Assembly: GCA_964187785.1 (NCBI GenBank)
Contig: OZ076413.1
Span: 23,994,001-24,058,000, forward strand
DNA: 64,000 nt
Origin: Amphiscolops sp. MND2022
Lineage: Eukaryota
Direction: 5' to 3'
In this document: positions 63,517-64,000 of the stretch, in pieces
Position numbering within the stretch: the first letter of the stretch is position 1
Layout of the letters: each line of letters opens with the position of its first letter
The notes under the pieces: model-generated
Database searches by the model: none
Told to the model about the DNA's origin: nothing
Seen by the model: only the letters and a program-made list of their open reading frames with translations
Translations under genes and position numbers: made by a program

Positions 63517-64000
63517 AAACAAGCCGGGAACGGCCCAAGTCGGCGCCATATCTAAGGCTCAAAAATAACAAAAGGACTTCAAAGTGTCAAGTATTCTCTT
63601 CTACAGTACCCGTTTGAGGAAAAATTGAAAAAAAATCCGATTTTTTTTTAAATTTAAAAAAATTTTTTTGGTCTCCCGTAAGTCGCATAGTGCCGAAACA
63701 TGTAAAATGGGGAGTTTTTTAACATCCATTCTTTTGCAAAATAGACAAAAAAATGAAGGGTGGACCCTTTGGAGATATTTGCGAAAAAAGTCTCACAAAG
63801 CCGAAAAAAAATTGCGCAAAAAAATTTTGGTCATGGCGGGACTCGAACCCATGTCCTTCTGCTTGTCAGACCTCGAAAAAGCCGTAGTGGCCAAGTGGCA
63901 GTAAAGTAGTGTGACTCGGTTTAGTGTCAGTGCCGGTTTAGTGTTAGTGCCAACTTATGAAATTTATAAAATCTGTCAGTTCGTTGATCTTAAAAAAAGA
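63517..64000 (-). mobile_element. HINE copy running off the window end, with a tRNA-derived 3' half at 63829-63865
   Basis: AAACAAGCCGGGAACGGCCCAAGTCGGCGCCATATCTAAGGCTCAAAAA terminus. Minus strand CAAGCAGAAGGACATGGGTTCGAGTCCCGCCATGACC. Confidence 0.85.

Overview
AT-rich eukaryotic (animal-like) genomic DNA with short GT-AG introns, dominated by transposable elements. I found no rRNA, intact tRNA or CRISPR array. The repeat style reminds me of the acoel Symsagittifera roscoffensis, but that is unverified recollection. Host genes reconstructed by hand from splice sites and phase: an F-box/LRR gene (40932-41939, one 66-nt intron); a single-pass membrane protein gene (exons 51845-52505 and 58473-58773) whose intron holds a complete antisense BEL/Pao element; a convergent six-exon gene fragment (60826-62811, minus); and a probable four-exon fragment (269-827, minus). 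Mobile DNA: LINE RT relics, a decayed Gypsy element caught in a ~6-7 kb tandem duplication, Copia and BEL relics, a TA-flanked Tc1/mariner-like deletion derivative, and many non-autonomous Helentron (HINE/DINE-1-like) elements. Most interesting are (i) a young 7.6-kb LTR element with no recognisable gag/pol that carries a 326-aa orphan ORF with three AT-hook motifs and a recurring palindromic DNA motif, and (ii) the HINE family, with paralogous empty/filled sites, a covarying terminal hairpin and tRNA-derived segments.
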